In this document: positions 22,385 to 34,482 of the stretch, one piece after another
How the letters are laid out: each line of letters begins with the position of its first letter
Position numbering within the stretch: the stretch's first letter is position 1
Notes under the pieces: model-generated
Told to the model about the DNA's origin: nothing
Seen by the model: the letters and a program-made list of their open reading frames with translations, nothing else
Database searches by the model: none
Position numbers and translations under genes: made by a program
Source of the DNA: Bordetella parapertussis
GTDB lineage: Bacteria > Pseudomonadota > Gammaproteobacteria > Burkholderiales > Burkholderiaceae_D
Reading direction: 5' to 3'
DNA length: 64,000 nucleotides
NCBI GenBank assembly: GCA_945883145.1
Contig: CAMCXB010000002.1
Location: 41,825 to 105,824 of the forward strand

Positions 22385-22423
22385 ATCAAAGATCAAGAAT
22401 ACTAAAATTTTTCGGAGAGAAAA

Positions 22424-23404
22424 ATGCGCGCCATAGAAATCATTCAACCTGGTGGACCAGAAGTACTCAAACTGTGTGAACGTCCACTGCCTGTACTCAA
22501 AGCAGGTGAGGTCTTAATTAAAGTCCATGCAGCGGGTGTGAATCGTCCTGATGTATTGCAGCGTACTGGTAACTATCCAGTACCACCTGGTGCTTCTGAT
22601 ATTCCTGGCTTAGAAGTCGCCGGTGAAATTGTGGATGGTGATTTTACAGGCAGCGCATTCAAAAAAGGTGACATGGTGTGTGCGTTAGTGCAGGGTGGTG
22701 GCTATGCTGAATACTGTGCAGCACCGGTTGCGCAATGTTTACCCATACCTAAAGGCTTAAGCGCATTAGAAGCTGCATCGTTGCCTGAAACATTTTTTAC
22801 TGTGTACAGTAATTTATTTGAACGAGCCAAACTGAGTGGTGATGAAACCTTGCTGGTGCAAGGTGGTACTTCTGGCATTGGTGTGACTGCAATTCAAATG
22901 GCGCACGCCTTTGGACATAAAGTGTGGGCAACTGCAGGTTCAGATGATAAATGTCGTGCATGTGAAGCGCTGGGTGCTGAACGTGGCATTAATTACAATA
23001 CCGAAGATTTTGTCGAAGTTGTGAAAGCTGCGACCAATGGCAAAGGCGTAGATGTCATCCTCGATATGGTGGCAGGCGATTATGTTGGACGTGAAATTAG
23101 TTGTTTAGCGGATGACGGTCGACTAGTCATCATCGCTTTGTTAGGTGGGGCAAGTGGCAAAATCGATTTTGGTCAAATCTTGCGTCGTCGTTTGACTATT
23201 ACTGGTTCGACCTTGCGTCCGCGTCCGGTCGCATTTAAGCAAATGATTGCCGATAAATTGCATCAAAAAGTATGGCCTTTGATTGAAACAGGAAAAATCA
23301 AACCTGTGATTTTCAAGACCTTCTCGCTTGAGCAAGCCGACCAAGCGCATGCGTTAATGGAAACCAGTACGCATGTCGGTAAAATCATGTTAACAATTAA
23401 TTAA
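22424..23404 (+). CDS. NAD(P)H:quinone oxidoreductase (MDR superfamily, PIG3/Qor-like)
   Basis: 326-aa medium-chain reductase with GVNRPD and nucleotide site GGTSGIGVTAIQMA. It occupies the position between pnp and tpiA, as in Burkholderiales. Confidence 0.85.
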   Translation: MRAIEIIQPGGPEVLKLCERPLPVLKAGEVLIKVHAAGVNRPDVLQRTGNYPVPPGASDIPGLEVAGEIVDGDFTGSAFKKGDMVCALVQGGGYAEYCAAPVAQCLPIPKGLSALEAASLPETFFTVYSNLFERAKLSGDETLLVQGGTSGIGVTAIQMAHAFGHKVWATAGSDDKCRACEALGAERGINYNTEDFVEVVKAATNGKGVDVILDMVAGDYVGREISCLADDGRLVIIALLGGASGKIDFGQILRRRLTITGSTLRPRPVAFKQMIADKLHQKVWPLIETGKIKPVIFKTFSLEQADQAHALMETSTHVGKIMLTIN

Positions 23405-23554
23405 TTTTCTACACATGAGCGAGAGCGTGGTTTGACCATGATTCTCGCGAAGGGCTAAAATAGTGAGCTTTCATGAGTCAACTTGTTTAAGCTTAACGAG
23501 TAGGTTGTCGAAATAGTATTGCGCCATAGCGGCAATCAGAACAAGGTGAGTGCA

Positions 23555-24307
23555 ATGCGTCGAACACTTATAGCGGGCAACTGGAAGATGAATGGTGATT
23601 TAGTCACCAATGCAGCTTTGTTGCAGGCTGTTCGCGCAGGTGCAGAAGCGCATTCAGCTGAGTTGGCAGTATGTGTGCCTGCTCCTTATCTAGCGCAAAC
23701 ACAAGCAGCTTTAGAAGGCTCATCGGTGGCTTGGGGTGCACAAGATATGTCAGCACATGAAGCAGGTGCATACACAGGTGAAGTAGCAGGGCGCATGCTG
23801 AAAGACTTTGCTTGTCGTTATGTGATCCTAGGACACTCTGAGCGACGTAGCATGCATGGTGAATCAAGTGCAGATGTAGCAAAGAAAACCAAACAGGCAC
23901 TGGCGCATGGATTAACGCCTATAGTTTGTGTGGGCGAAACCTTAGCTGAACGTGAAGCTGGATCAACCGCTCATGTAGTACAAGAGCAGTTGCAACCTGT
24001 TCTTTCAGAAATGCATGATCAGCTTAACCATATTGTGATTGCGTATGAGCCGGTGTGGGCAATAGGAACAGGTAAAACTGCAACGCCTGAAATGGCGCAA
24101 GAAGTACATGCATTAATACGTAAGACACTCGCAGCAGTTGATAGAGAAGCAGCGAGTAGTGTAAGAATTTTATATGGTGGCAGCATGAAGCCAGATAATG
24201 CAGTGGATTTACTCGCCATGCCGGATATTGATGGCGGACTAATTGGTGGCGCTGCGTTAAAGGCAGCAGATTTTCTGGCGATTGCGCAAGCAAGCCACCC
24301 CGAATGA
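23555..24307 (+). CDS. tpiA: triose-phosphate isomerase
   Basis: Start set at ATG 23555 ([25 protein letters not shown]). Motifs GHSERR and [11 protein letters not shown] are present. Confidence 0.93.
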   Translation: MRRTLIAGNWKMNGDLVTNAALLQAVRAGAEAHSAELAVCVPAPYLAQTQAALEGSSVAWGAQDMSAHEAGAYTGEVAGRMLKDFACRYVILGHSERRSMHGESSADVAKKTKQALAHGLTPIVCVGETLAEREAGSTAHVVQEQLQPVLSEMHDQLNHIVIAYEPVWAIGTGKTATPEMAQEVHALIRKTLAAVDREAASSVRILYGGSMKPDNAVDLLAMPDIDGGLIGGAALKAADFLAIAQASHPE

Positions 24308-24371
24308 ATAATTTTTTTAACGATTGAAAACAAGTCAGACAGACTTAATCAAAACATCTGAAAGCTGAAAC

Positions 24372-24740
24372 ATGAATTCCTTACTTGCTATCGCAATTGC
24401 TATCCAGGTGCTGTCAGCCCTGCTCATTATTGGTTTGGTTTTACTCCAGCATGGTAAGGGTGCAGATATGGGAGCTGCATTTGGTTCAGGCGCTTCCGGT
24501 AGTTTATTTGGTGCGAGTGGCTCATCGAATTTCCTCTCTAAATTGACAGGGATCGCTGCAGCGGTTTTTTTCATCTCTACCTTAGCTTTGTCATTCTTTG
24601 GTAGCCGTCCTGCTGTATCAAGTGGTGGAGTGATGGAACAAGCACCGGCAATTAATCCTCAGAGCCAGTCTGGATCTGTCACAGCACCGACATCTTTACC
24701 TGCTAAACCTGTTGGTCAAGCTGGAGAAATACCAAAGTAA
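24372..24740 (+). CDS. secG: preprotein translocase subunit SecG
   Basis: Two TM helices and the Gly-rich loop GKGADMGAAFGSGASGSLFGASG. It lies between tpiA and tRNA-Leu. Confidence 0.9.
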   Translation: MNSLLAIAIAIQVLSALLIIGLVLLQHGKGADMGAAFGSGASGSLFGASGSSNFLSKLTGIAAAVFFISTLALSFFGSRPAVSSGGVMEQAPAINPQSQSGSVTAPTSLPAKPVGQAGEIPK

Positions 24741-24812
24741 ATCACTACGTAGCATGACTCAGTAAATCCGCGTTGAATTGAGGGGTGAGCCGAGTTAAAA
24801 TGCGTGGTTATG

Positions 24813-24897
24813 GCCGACGTGGTGAAATTGGTAGACACGCTATCTTGAGGGGGTAGTGGCGAAAGCTGTGCGAGTTCGAGTCTCGCCGTCGGCACCA
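24813..24897 (+). tRNA. tRNA-Leu (anticodon GAG)
   Basis: Acceptor stem GCCGACG/CGTCGGC with an encoded ACCA tail. Anticodon stem CTATC/GGTAG carries loop TTGAGGG, giving anticodon GAG. Long variable arm and T-arm GTTCGAGTC; total length 85 nt. Confidence 0.92.
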
Positions 24898-24921
24898 TTT
24901 AGGGAATATGAGAATAAGCAG

Positions 24922-24952
24922 GCCAGCAAAGGAAATCTCTGCTGGCTTTTTG
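24922..24952 (+). terminator. rho-independent terminator after secG/tRNA-Leu
   Basis: GCCAGCA-11 nt loop-TGCTGGC followed by TTTTTG. Confidence 0.55.
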
Positions 24953-25033
24953 TTGAAATGGCAGAGTTGTCTTTTTGACTCCATATTTGATTTTCTCCGC
25001 GCAAAATCAAATTTTTTTGTATTGCGAACTATC

Positions 25034-25393
25034 GTGAATCTCGAAAATTATCTTCCTATTCTGTTGTTCATTTTTGTGGGCATATTAGTCGGCGTCGCAC
25101 CCCAAGTGTTAGGGCGATTGCTGGCACCTTATAGACCAGATTCAGCAAAAACTTCCGCTTACGAATGTGGATTCGAAGCCTTCGAAGATGCGCGTATGAA
25201 ATTCGATGTACGCTACTACCTGGTCGCAATTTTATTTATATTATTTGATCTCGAAGTGGCCTTTTTAGTGCCATGGGCAGTTGCTATGCGTGATGTTGGT
25301 ATGTTGGGTTTCTGGGCGATGATGATCTTTCTCGGTGTGTTAACGATAGGTCTCATTTTCGAATGGAAAAAAGGCGCTCTGGATTGGGAATAA
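25034..25393 (+). CDS. nuoA: NADH-quinone oxidoreductase subunit A
   Basis: GTG 25034 gives a 119-aa NuoA ([11 protein letters not shown]...[21 protein letters not shown]). The longer track ORF would run over the tRNA terminator. Confidence 0.9.
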   Translation: MNLENYLPILLFIFVGILVGVAPQVLGRLLAPYRPDSAKTSAYECGFEAFEDARMKFDVRYYLVAILFILFDLEVAFLVPWAVAMRDVGMLGFWAMMIFLGVLTIGLIFEWKKGALDWE

Positions 25394-25396
25394 GTC

Positions 25397-25873
25397 ATGG
25401 CAATTGAAGGACTATTAAACGAAGGCTTTGTCACTACGACTGCTGACAAACTCATTAACTGGACCCGTACGGGATCCATGTGGCCTATGACGTTTGGATT
25501 AGCTTGCTGTGCAGTTGAGATGATGCATGCAGGCGCATCACGTTATGACCTTGATCGTTTTGGTGTGGTGTTTCGTCCTTCGCCACGTCAATCTGATGTG
25601 ATGATTGTGGCCGGTACCTTGTGTAACAAGATGGCACCTGCTTTACGAAAAGTGTATGACCAGATGGCAGAACCACGTTGGGTCATCTCTATGGGTTCTT
25701 GTGCGAATGGTGGTGGTTATTATCATTACTCCTACTCAGTTGTACGTGGATGTGATCGCATCGTGCCGGTTGATATCTATGTACCAGGATGTCCTCCTAC
25801 AGCAGAAGCATTGTTATACGGCTTCATGCAACTACAAAATAAAATTCGTCGTACCAACACGATCGCGCGTTAA
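25397..25873 (+). CDS. nuoB: NADH-quinone oxidoreductase subunit B
   Basis: N2-cluster Cys motifs [17 protein letters not shown] and PGCPP. Confidence 0.96.
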   Translation: MAIEGLLNEGFVTTTADKLINWTRTGSMWPMTFGLACCAVEMMHAGASRYDLDRFGVVFRPSPRQSDVMIVAGTLCNKMAPALRKVYDQMAEPRWVISMGSCANGGGYYHYSYSVVRGCDRIVPVDIYVPGCPPTAEALLYGFMQLQNKIRRTNTIAR

Positions 25874-25875
25874 TC

Positions 25876-26472
25876 ATGAGCACCAAACTAGAGTCACTTG
25901 AAGTCGCGTTAAAAGAAGCTTTAGCAGATAAGCTGCAGAGCATAGATCGCGCACTCGGTGAAATCACCATCGTTGTAAAGTCCTCAGATTATTTATCTGC
26001 AATGCAAATTTTGCGTGATGATCAGCGTTTGCAATTTTCGCAGCTCACTGATTTATGTGGCATGGACTATTCCGCCTATGGTGATGGTGCATGGAATGGA
26101 GCGCGTTTCGCAGCAGTTGTGCATCTACTCTCTATTCATAAAAATTGGCGTGTGCGTGTACGCACCTTTGCGCCGGATGATGCTATGCCCATCATTCCTT
26201 CGATTGCTGAACTATGGTCTGCTGCGAATTGGTATGAACGCGAAGCCTTCGACTTATTTGGTATTTTGTTTGATGGTCATAATGATTTACGTCGCATCTT
26301 GACTGACTATGGTTTTATCGGTCATCCATTCCGCAAAGATTTCCCTGTTTCAGGTTATGTAGAAATGCGTTACGACCCTGAACAAAAACGAGTCATCTAT
26401 CAGCCCGTCACGATTGAGCCGCGCGAAAATGTGCCGCGTGTTATTCGTGAAGAAAATTACGGAATCAAATAA
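25876..26472 (+). CDS. nuoC: NADH-quinone oxidoreductase subunit C
   Basis: 30-kDa subunit signature [22 protein letters not shown]. Confidence 0.95.
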   Translation: MSTKLESLEVALKEALADKLQSIDRALGEITIVVKSSDYLSAMQILRDDQRLQFSQLTDLCGMDYSAYGDGAWNGARFAAVVHLLSIHKNWRVRVRTFAPDDAMPIIPSIAELWSAANWYEREAFDLFGILFDGHNDLRRILTDYGFIGHPFRKDFPVSGYVEMRYDPEQKRVIYQPVTIEPRENVPRVIREENYGIK

Positions 26473-26474
26473 TC

Positions 26475-27728
26475 ATGGCTGAGATAAAAAATTACACCCT
26501 CAACTTTGGTCCGCAACATCCTGCAGCACATGGCGTGTTGCGTTTGGTATTAGAGTTAGATGGCGAAGTCATACAACGTGCTGACCCACACATCGGTTTA
26601 TTACATCGCGCCACAGAAAAATTAGCGGAAGAAAAAACCTTCCTGCAATCTGTACCTTACATGGACAGATTGGATTACGTGTCCATGATGTGTAATGAGC
26701 ATGCCTATGTCATGGCAATTGAAAAATTGCTAGGCGTAGAAGTGCCTATGCGTGCGCAATACATACGTGTGATGTTTGATGAAATTACCCGCTTGCTCAA
26801 TCACCTCTTGTGGTTAGGTGCACATGCACTCGACGTTGGTGCAATGGGCGTATTCTTGTATGCATTCCGTGAGCGTGAAGATTTAATGGATTGTTATGAA
26901 GCTGTCTCTGGTGCGCGTTTGCATGCAGCTTACTATCGTCCCGGTGGTGTGTATCGTGATTTGCCCGATACCATGCCACAGTATCAGGCTTCAGTGATTC
27001 GTAATGGTCGTGCCATTACACGCTTAAATGAAAATCGTCAGGGCTCATTGCTTGATTTCATCGAAGACTTCACCAATCGCTTTCCTACCTATGTTGATGA
27101 ATATGAAACCTTGTTAACAGATAACCGTATCTGGAAGCAGCGTTTAGTTGGTATAGGTGTGGTCTCACCTGAACGTGCTTTAGCGATGGGCTTTACTGGT
27201 CCTATGTTGCGTGGTTCAGGGATTGAATGGGATTTACGTAAGAAACAGCCTTATGAAGTGTATGACTTACTGAAATTTGATGTACCTGTTGGTGTGAATG
27301 GTGATTGTTATGATCGTTATTTAGTGCGCATAGAAGAAATGCGTCAATCAAATAACATCATTAAACAATGCGTAGAGTGGTTGCGTAATAATCAAGGTCC
27401 TGTGATGTCGGACAATCATAAAGTCGCGCCACCTCATCGTGTAGATATGAAATCCAACATGGAAGAGTTGATTCATCACTTCAAACTCTTTACCGAAGGT
27501 TTTCATGTGCCAGCAGGTGAAGCATATGCAGCGGTTGAGCATCCTAAAGGCGAGTTCGGTATTTATCTCGTATCAGATGGTGCGAACAAACCTTATCGCT
27601 TAAAGATACGTGCACCTGGTTATGCACATCTAGAAGGATTAAATGAAATGGCGCGCGGCCACATGATTGCAGATGCAGTCACGATTATTGGTACGCAAGA
27701 TATTGTTTTTGGTGAAATCGACCGTTAA
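26475..27728 (+). CDS. nuoD: NADH-quinone oxidoreductase subunit D
   Basis: 49-kDa subunit with [16 protein letters not shown] at the N-terminus and DIVFGEIDR at the C-terminus. Confidence 0.97.
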   Translation: MAEIKNYTLNFGPQHPAAHGVLRLVLELDGEVIQRADPHIGLLHRATEKLAEEKTFLQSVPYMDRLDYVSMMCNEHAYVMAIEKLLGVEVPMRAQYIRVMFDEITRLLNHLLWLGAHALDVGAMGVFLYAFREREDLMDCYEAVSGARLHAAYYRPGGVYRDLPDTMPQYQASVIRNGRAITRLNENRQGSLLDFIEDFTNRFPTYVDEYETLLTDNRIWKQRLVGIGVVSPERALAMGFTGPMLRGSGIEWDLRKKQPYEVYDLLKFDVPVGVNGDCYDRYLVRIEEMRQSNNIIKQCVEWLRNNQGPVMSDNHKVAPPHRVDMKSNMEELIHHFKLFTEGFHVPAGEAYAAVEHPKGEFGIYLVSDGANKPYRLKIRAPGYAHLEGLNEMARGHMIADAVTIIGTQDIVFGEIDR

Positions 27729-27755
27729 GTCGGTGCGTTGCAGAAGGCATAGAGC

Positions 27756-28235
27756 ATGCAGTTATCAGAACAAGCAGTGAAAAAAATTGATCGCGAAATC
27801 GCGAAATATCCAGTTGATCAAAAACAATCAGCTGTGATGGCAGCTCTTGCCATCGCGCAGGATGAAACAGGATGGCTAACGCCAGAAGTCATGCAAGATG
27901 TAGCCAACTATCTTGGTATGACTGCAATCGCAGTGCAAGAAGTGGCTACGTTTTATGCCATGTATAACTTAAAGCCAACTGGTAAAAATAAAATCACTAT
28001 CTGTACCAACTTGCCGTGTGCATTGTCAGGTGGAGAAGCAGCAGCAAATTATTTAAAACAAAAGTTAGGTGTGGATTTTCTAGGTACAACCAGCGATGGT
28101 GCTTTCACACTGCAAGAAGGTGAGTGCATGGGCGCCTGTGGTGATTCGCCTGTACTACTGGTGAATAACAAACGTATGTGCAGCCACATGAGTAATGAAA
28201 AAATTGATGCATTAGTAGAGGAATTGAAAAAATGA
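27756..28235 (+). CDS. nuoE: NADH-quinone oxidoreductase subunit E
   Basis: 24-kDa 2Fe-2S subunit with motifs CTNLPC and CMGACGDSP. Confidence 0.95.
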   Translation: MQLSEQAVKKIDREIAKYPVDQKQSAVMAALAIAQDETGWLTPEVMQDVANYLGMTAIAVQEVATFYAMYNLKPTGKNKITICTNLPCALSGGEAAANYLKQKLGVDFLGTTSDGAFTLQEGECMGACGDSPVLLVNNKRMCSHMSNEKIDALVEELKK

Positions 28236-29530
28236 CTTGCTTGCATGATCGTCATATCAATCCACTCATACTCGCTGGATTAAACGGCGAGAATTGGCAT
28301 TTAGCTGATTACGTGAAGCGTGGTGGTTATAGCGCGTTAAAACGCATACTGACTGAAAACATCACACCAGAACAAGTCATCGCAGAATTAAAAGCATCCT
28401 CACTACGTGGTCGTGGTGGTGCAGGTTTTCCGACTGGTTTGAAGTGGAGCTTCATGCCACGTCAATTCCCTGGGCAAAAATACTTAATCTGCAATTCTGA
28501 TGAAGGTGAACCAGGTACATTCAAAGATCGTGACATCCTGCGTTATAACCCGCACGCTTTAATTGAAGGCATGGCCATAGGCGCTTACGCCATGGGCATT
28601 ACTGTGGGCTATAACTACATCCACGGTGAAATCTGGGATACCTATGCGCGTTTCGAAGAAGCCTTAGATGAAGCACGTGCAGCAGGTTGGTTAGGTGATC
28701 GAATACAAGGCACTGAATTCTCATTTCAATTGCATGCGCATCATGGTTATGGTGCTTACATCTGCGGTGAAGAAACAGCTTTGTTGGAATCATTAGAAGG
28801 CAAAAAAGGTCAGCCACGTTTCAAACCACCTTTCCCTGCAAGCTTTGGTTTGTATGGCAAACCAACCACCATCAACAACACAGAAACATTTGCTGCTGTT
28901 CCGTTCGTCATGAACTTAGGTGGCGAAGCCTATGCGGGTTTAGGCAAACCAAATAACGGTGGCACCAAAATCTTTTCAGTATCAGGCGATGTCGCTAAGC
29001 CAGGTAACTATGAAGTGCCGTTGGGTACACCCTTTGCTAAGTTATTAGAGTTAGCAGGTGGAATGCGCGAAGGCGTAAAACTCAAAGCAGTCATACCAGG
29101 TGGTTCTTCCATGCCAGTGTTAACTGCTGAAGTCATGATGGCAACCGACATGGATTACGATTCCATCGCGAAAGCGGGTTCAATGTTAGGTTCAGGCGCA
29201 GTCATCGTCATGAATGAAACTCGCTGCATGGTGAAATCTTTATTACGCCTTTCCTATTTTTATTATGAAGAATCATGTGGTCAATGCACACCATGTCGTG
29301 AAGGCACAGGTTGGTTATATCGCATGGTGCATAGAATTGAGCATGGTCAGGGCAGACCTGGCGATCTCGAGATGTTAAATAAAGTGGCAGATGGTATTCA
29401 AGGTCGTACTATCTGCGCGCTCGGCGATGCTGCTGCAATGCCAGTGCGTGCCATGATTAAAAATTTCACTGATGAATTTGCGTATCACATCGAGCATAAG
29501 CGGTGTTTGGTACCCATGACCACACTCTGA
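28232..29530 (+). CDS. nuoF: NADH-quinone oxidoreductase subunit F
   Basis: FMN/NADH site [13 protein letters not shown] and 4Fe-4S motif [12 protein letters not shown]. It overlaps nuoE by 4 nt. Confidence 0.97.
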   Translation: MTCLHDRHINPLILAGLNGENWHLADYVKRGGYSALKRILTENITPEQVIAELKASSLRGRGGAGFPTGLKWSFMPRQFPGQKYLICNSDEGEPGTFKDRDILRYNPHALIEGMAIGAYAMGITVGYNYIHGEIWDTYARFEEALDEARAAGWLGDRIQGTEFSFQLHAHHGYGAYICGEETALLESLEGKKGQPRFKPPFPASFGLYGKPTTINNTETFAAVPFVMNLGGEAYAGLGKPNNGGTKIFSVSGDVAKPGNYEVPLGTPFAKLLELAGGMREGVKLKAVIPGGSSMPVLTAEVMMATDMDYDSIAKAGSMLGSGAVIVMNETRCMVKSLLRLSYFYYEESCGQCTPCREGTGWLYRMVHRIEHGQGRPGDLEMLNKVADGIQGRTICALGDAAAMPVRAMIKNFTDEFAYHIEHKRCLVPMTTL

Positions 29531-29547
29531 CGGATTAAAGCGAAGCC

Positions 29548-31893
29548 ATGGTTGAGATCGAGATAGACGGCAAAAAAGTCGAAGTGCCTGAGGGCAGTAT
29601 GGTGATGGAAGCTGCCAATCGTTTAGGCACGTACATTCCTCACTTCTGCTATCACAAAAAATTATCGATAGCGGCTAACTGCCGTATGTGTTTAGTCGAT
29701 GTAGAAAAAGCACCTAAAGCTTTGCCTGCTTGCGCTACACCAGTCACCCCCGGCATGATAGTGCGCACACACAGCGAAAAAGCGATTAAAGCGCAAAAAG
29801 ATGTGATGCAGTTTTTATTGATTAATCATCCACTCGATTGCCCAATTTGCGATCAAGGTGGTGAATGTCAATTACAAGATCTCACCGTTGGTTACGGACC
29901 TTCTTCTTCCCACTATGAAGAAGAAAAGCGTGTGGTTGCACCGAAAGATGTTGGTCCATTGATCTCCATGAAAGAGATGACACGCTGCATACATTGCACG
30001 CGTTGTGTCCGCTTCGGTCAAGAAGTAGCCGGTGTGATGGAATTCGGTATGTTGGGTCGTGGTGAACATTCTGAAATCACCGCTTTTGTTGGTAGCACTG
30101 TTGATTCTGAATTGTCGGGCAACATGATAGACATTTGCCCCGTCGGTGCACTGACTTCCAAACCTTTCCGCTATAGCGCACGTACTTGGGAACTCTCACG
30201 TCGCAAATCAGTGAGCCCACATGACAGTTTAGGTGCCAACTTAGTCGTACAAGTAAAAGGTTCTACCGTTATGCGTGTAGTGCCTTTAGAAAACGAAGCA
30301 GTCAATGAATGCTGGTTATCTGATCGCGATCGTTTTTCTTATGAAGGTTTGAACAGCTCAGAGCGTTTAACTGCACCTATGTTGAAGCAGGGTGGCAAAT
30401 GGCAAACCACTGATTGGCAAACTGCATTGGAATATGTGGCGCGTGGATTAAATAACATCAGCAAACAACATGGTGCTGATGCCATCGCTGCACTGGCCGC
30501 ACCTTATTCAACGTTAGAAGAAATGAGTTTGCTACAAAAACTCATACGTGGAATAGGTTCAGAGAATGTTGATTTCCGTTTGCGTCAGTCAGATTTTTCT
30601 TTAGATGGAAAAATTCTGCCTTGGTTAGGTATGCCTATCCAAGAAGTCAGTCAATTAAAACGCGTATTAGTGATTGGTTCATTCTTACGCAAAGATCATC
30701 CTTTGTTGTCTGCAAAATTACGTCAAGCAGTGCGTCATGGTGCTAGCTTAAGCATAGTGCATGCGAGTGATGATGATTTGCTCATGCCAGTTGCCAATAA
30801 ATGTATCGCAGCACCTCAAGCATGGCTGTCATTGTTAGGTGAGATTGCAGTCGCTGTCGCGCAAAACAAAGGTGTGGCAGCACCTGCTGAATTCGCTGCT
30901 TGCCAACCATCTGCTACAGCAAAACAAATCGCTGCAAGTTTAATCTCTGGTGAGCCACGTGCTATTTTCTTAGGTAATGCAGTTGCTCAACATCCGCAAG
31001 CTGCTGCCTTACATGCTGCTGCGCAATGGATAGCACAACAAACTGAATCAAAATTCGGTTATCTCACTGAAGCAGCAAATACGGTTGGTGGTTATCTAGC
31101 GCATGCAACGCCATCTAACGGCAAACATGCACTCGAGTTTTTTAATAATCCTCGTAAAGCGTATGTCTTGTTACATGCAGAGCCAGAATTAGATTCTTAC
31201 GATCCTCGCTTAGCTCGCACTGCACTCGATCAAGCTGAAATGGTAGTGGCATTGTCACCTTATGCACATGGTTTGGAATATGCAGATGTCATTTTGCCGA
31301 TTGCACCTTATGCTGAAACCTCAGGCACTTTTGTAAATGCTGAAGGTCGTGCACAAAGCTTTAATGGCAGTGTGAAGCCATTAGGTGAAACACGTCCTGC
31401 TTGGAAAGTACTTCGTGTATTAGGTAACTTGCTTGAGTTAGCTGGTTTTGATTATGAAAGCTCAGAAGCGATACGCAATGAAGTCATAGGCACGAGCAAT
31501 GTTGCTGATGCCAACTTCAGTGCAAAACTCAACAACCTCGTTAAAGATCTCAAACTCACTGTACCAACTACGCCAACTGCAGCAAGCACAGAGCTACAAC
31601 GTGTTGCTGATGTGCCGATTTATTTTAGTGATGCCATCGTCCGTCGTTCAGCTTCTTTGCAAAAAACCACCGATGCAAAAGCACCGAATGTCATGATCTC
31701 GCCAGATCTCGCTACTAAGCTAGGTTTACATGATGGTGATGCAGTGAGAGTGTCACAAGGTGCCGTGCAAGTGAAGTTAACGACGGAGATCGTCGCAAGT
31801 TTGCCAAGCAATGTTGTGCGTTTAGCTGCAGGCCATGCGTCCACATCAGTATTAGGTGGCATGTTCGGTGCCATCTCGTTGGAGAAAATTTGA
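29548..31893 (+). CDS. nuoG: NADH-quinone oxidoreductase subunit G
   Basis: N-terminal Fe-S motifs ([34 protein letters not shown]), 781 aa. Confidence 0.96.
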   Translation: MVEIEIDGKKVEVPEGSMVMEAANRLGTYIPHFCYHKKLSIAANCRMCLVDVEKAPKALPACATPVTPGMIVRTHSEKAIKAQKDVMQFLLINHPLDCPICDQGGECQLQDLTVGYGPSSSHYEEEKRVVAPKDVGPLISMKEMTRCIHCTRCVRFGQEVAGVMEFGMLGRGEHSEITAFVGSTVDSELSGNMIDICPVGALTSKPFRYSARTWELSRRKSVSPHDSLGANLVVQVKGSTVMRVVPLENEAVNECWLSDRDRFSYEGLNSSERLTAPMLKQGGKWQTTDWQTALEYVARGLNNISKQHGADAIAALAAPYSTLEEMSLLQKLIRGIGSENVDFRLRQSDFSLDGKILPWLGMPIQEVSQLKRVLVIGSFLRKDHPLLSAKLRQAVRHGASLSIVHASDDDLLMPVANKCIAAPQAWLSLLGEIAVAVAQNKGVAAPAEFAACQPSATAKQIAASLISGEPRAIFLGNAVAQHPQAAALHAAAQWIAQQTESKFGYLTEAANTVGGYLAHATPSNGKHALEFFNNPRKAYVLLHAEPELDSYDPRLARTALDQAEMVVALSPYAHGLEYADVILPIAPYAETSGTFVNAEGRAQSFNGSVKPLGETRPAWKVLRVLGNLLELAGFDYESSEAIRNEVIGTSNVADANFSAKLNNLVKDLKLTVPTTPTAASTELQRVADVPIYFSDAIVRRSASLQKTTDAKAPNVMISPDLATKLGLHDGDAVRVSQGAVQVKLTTEIVASLPSNVVRLAAGHASTSVLGGMFGAISLEKI

Positions 31894-32960
31894 TGTCAGA
31901 TTTTCTCGCTCAATTTGTGAGTCAAGGCAGTCAACTACTAGGTCCGCTGTGGCCAGTGGTATGGAGCTTGATAAAAATTATCTGTGTTGTATTGCCTGTG
32001 ATGGCTTGCGTTGCTTACCTGACTTTATGGGAACGCAAAATGATAGGTTGGATGCATGTGCGTATGGGTCCTAACCGAGTCGGTCCTGCTGGTTTACTAC
32101 AGCCTATCGCTGATGCACTGAAGTTATTACTCAAAGAGATAGTCGTACCTGCAAAAGCCAACAAAGCCTTGTTTGTATTAGCGCCTGTCATGACCATCAT
32201 GCCGGCCTTAGTGGCTTGGGCTGTAGTACCTTTTGGTCCTGAACAAGCGATTGCAAATGTGAATGCAGGTTTATTGTTTGTGATGGCGATTACTTCATTA
32301 GAAGTGTATGGCGTCATCATCGCGGGTTGGGCTTCAAATTCTAAATATGCGTTTCTAGGTGCCATGCGTGCATCAGCGCAAATGGTGTCGTATGAAATTG
32401 CAATGGGTTTTGTCTTAGTCATCATCTTAATGGTGTCGGGCAGTTTGAATCTATCTGCCATCGTTGTCGGTCAAACTAAAGGTCAGTTCGCTTCCATGGG
32501 ATTGAATTTCCTTTCTTGGAATTGGTTGCCACTGTTACCTATGTTTGTGGTGTACATCATCTCTGGCATTGCTGAAACAGCGCGTCATCCGTTTGACGTA
32601 GTGGAAGGTGAATCAGAAATCGTAGCGGGTCACATGGTGGAATATTCCGGTATGTCGTTTGCGATGTTCTTCCTCGCTGAATATGCCAACATGATTTTAA
32701 TCTCCACACTTGCATCCCTCATGTTTTTGGGTGGTTGGAGTGCGCCTTTAGCGGCATTAGAATTTATTCCAGGTTGGATTTGGTTGGGAATTAAAGCCTT
32801 CTTAGTGGTGTCCATCTTTATCTGGGTGCGTGCTTCTTTCCCGCGCTATCGTTTCGATCAGATCATGCGTTTAGGTTGGAAAATTTTCATTCCACTGACT
32901 TTGTTTTATTTAGTTATTGTGGCGGTTTGGATGCAATCAGCTTGGAATATTTGGGAATAA
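31893..32960 (+). CDS. nuoH: NADH-quinone oxidoreductase subunit H
   Basis: ATG 31893 overlaps the nuoG TGA by 1 nt, with a GGAG RBS upstream. Polytopic NuoH/ND1 sequence with [11 protein letters not shown] and AETARHPFD. Confidence 0.95.
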   Translation: MSDFLAQFVSQGSQLLGPLWPVVWSLIKIICVVLPVMACVAYLTLWERKMIGWMHVRMGPNRVGPAGLLQPIADALKLLLKEIVVPAKANKALFVLAPVMTIMPALVAWAVVPFGPEQAIANVNAGLLFVMAITSLEVYGVIIAGWASNSKYAFLGAMRASAQMVSYEIAMGFVLVIILMVSGSLNLSAIVVGQTKGQFASMGLNFLSWNWLPLLPMFVVYIISGIAETARHPFDVVEGESEIVAGHMVEYSGMSFAMFFLAEYANMILISTLASLMFLGGWSAPLAALEFIPGWIWLGIKAFLVVSIFIWVRASFPRYRFDQIMRLGWKIFIPLTLFYLVIVAVWMQSAWNIWE

Positions 32961-33008
32961 GCGATGCATCATTCAAACAAAATAATGTTCATTAAGGGCT
33001 GAAACGAA

Positions 33009-33497
33009 ATGGAAGCCATCAAAGATTTTATAGGCAGCTTTATGTTGCGTGAACTGTTCAAGGGTTTAGCACTGACAGGTCGTTACATGTTCGCGCGCAA
33101 AATCACGGTGCAATTTCCAGAAGAAAAAACACCGCAATCACCACGCTTTCGTGGTCTGCATGCTCTTCGTCGTTATCCAAATGGAGAAGAGCGCTGCATC
33201 GCTTGTAAATTATGTGAAGCAGTCTGTCCTGCAATGGCGATTACGATTGAATCAGAACAACGTGATGATGGTTCACGTCGCACCACACGTTATGACATCG
33301 ATCTCACTAAATGTATCTTCTGTGGATTTTGCGAAGAGTCATGTCCAGTAGATTCCATAGTTGAGACGCACATATTGGAATATCACGGCGAAAAACGTGG
33401 CGATCTCTACTTCACTAAGCAAATGTTATTAGCTGTTGGTGATCGCTATGAAACAGAAATTGCAGCGAATCGCGCTGCTGATGCGCCTTATCGCTGA
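33009..33497 (+). CDS. nuoI: NADH-quinone oxidoreductase subunit I
   Basis: Two ferredoxin-type motifs, [12 protein letters not shown] and [12 protein letters not shown]. Confidence 0.97.
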   Translation: MEAIKDFIGSFMLRELFKGLALTGRYMFARKITVQFPEEKTPQSPRFRGLHALRRYPNGEERCIACKLCEAVCPAMAITIESEQRDDGSRRTTRYDIDLTKCIFCGFCEESCPVDSIVETHILEYHGEKRGDLYFTKQMLLAVGDRYETEIAANRAADAPYR

Positions 33498-33505
33498 GAT
33501 TAATT

Positions 33506-34135
33506 ATGGAATTTACCGCAGCCCTTTTTTACGCATTTTCAACTCTGCTCGTGTTTGCAGCAGTGCGCGTCATTACTGATCGTAATCCTGTGCATTCCGC
33601 ATTGTTTTTGATTTTGTCTTTCTTTTCAGCGGCAGCGATATGGATGTTATTGCAAGCTGAGTTCCTCGCCATTGTGTTGGTGTTGGTTTATGTTGGTGCT
33701 GTCATGGTGTTGTTCTTGTTTGTGGTCATGATGCTAGACATAGACATGGCGAAGTTACGCGAAGGTTTCTGGAGCCATTTGCCGATTGCAGCTTTAGTCG
33801 GTGGCATTATCGTGCTGGAAATGTCAGCGGTCTTATTCAAAGGATTTTTTGATAAAAATTCTGTTGTCCCAGCCGTTGCAGCCAACATAGGCGACACCCG
33901 CGAACTGGGTAAATTAATCTATACCAAATATCTCTACGCATTTGAAATTGCTTCCATCATTTTGTTAGCAGCGATTATTGCAGCAGTAGCGTTAACGTTA
34001 CGTCGCCGTAAAGACATTAAATATTTTGATCCCGGTGCAGCAGTCAGAGTGAAACGACAAGATCGTGTACGCATCGTTAGCATGGCATCTGAACCTGTAG
34101 ATCGCGGCCCTGCTGAAGCCGCTGAAAAATCATAA
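33506..34135 (+). CDS. nuoJ: NADH-quinone oxidoreductase subunit J
   Basis: Polytopic ND6-like ORF ([29 protein letters not shown]) in the expected operon position. Confidence 0.92.
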   Translation: MEFTAALFYAFSTLLVFAAVRVITDRNPVHSALFLILSFFSAAAIWMLLQAEFLAIVLVLVYVGAVMVLFLFVVMMLDIDMAKLREGFWSHLPIAALVGGIIVLEMSAVLFKGFFDKNSVVPAVAANIGDTRELGKLIYTKYLYAFEIASIILLAAIIAAVALTLRRRKDIKYFDPGAAVRVKRQDRVRIVSMASEPVDRGPAEAAEKS

Positions 34136-34148
34136 GGGTGAAGTGAAT

Positions 34149-34457
34149 ATGACTCTAACATTGACGCACTTCCTCATTCTTGGCGCTATTCTGTTTGCCA
34201 TCTCCGTAGTGGGGATTTTCTTAAACAGAAAAAACATCATCATCTTGTTGATGGCAATTGAACTCATGCTGCTTGCTGTGAACATGAACTTCGTCGCCTT
34301 CTCCCATTATCTGGGTGATGCAGCAGGACAGATTTTTGTATTCTTTATTTTGACTGTAGCTGCTGCTGAATCAGCGATCGGCTTAGCGATTCTAGTCGTG
34401 TTATTCCGTAACTTAGACACGATAGACGTAGAAGAACTTGATAGCCTAAAAGGCTAA
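34149..34457 (+). CDS. nuoK: NADH-quinone oxidoreductase subunit K
   Basis: ATG 34149 gives a 102-aa three-helix NuoK ([19 protein letters not shown]...[13 protein letters not shown]). GTG 34143 is an alternative start. Confidence 0.92.
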   Translation: MTLTLTHFLILGAILFAISVVGIFLNRKNIIILLMAIELMLLAVNMNFVAFSHYLGDAAGQIFVFFILTVAAAESAIGLAILVVLFRNLDTIDVEELDSLKG

Positions 34458-34482
34458 TTACCCAACTAGGATAAGACTCATC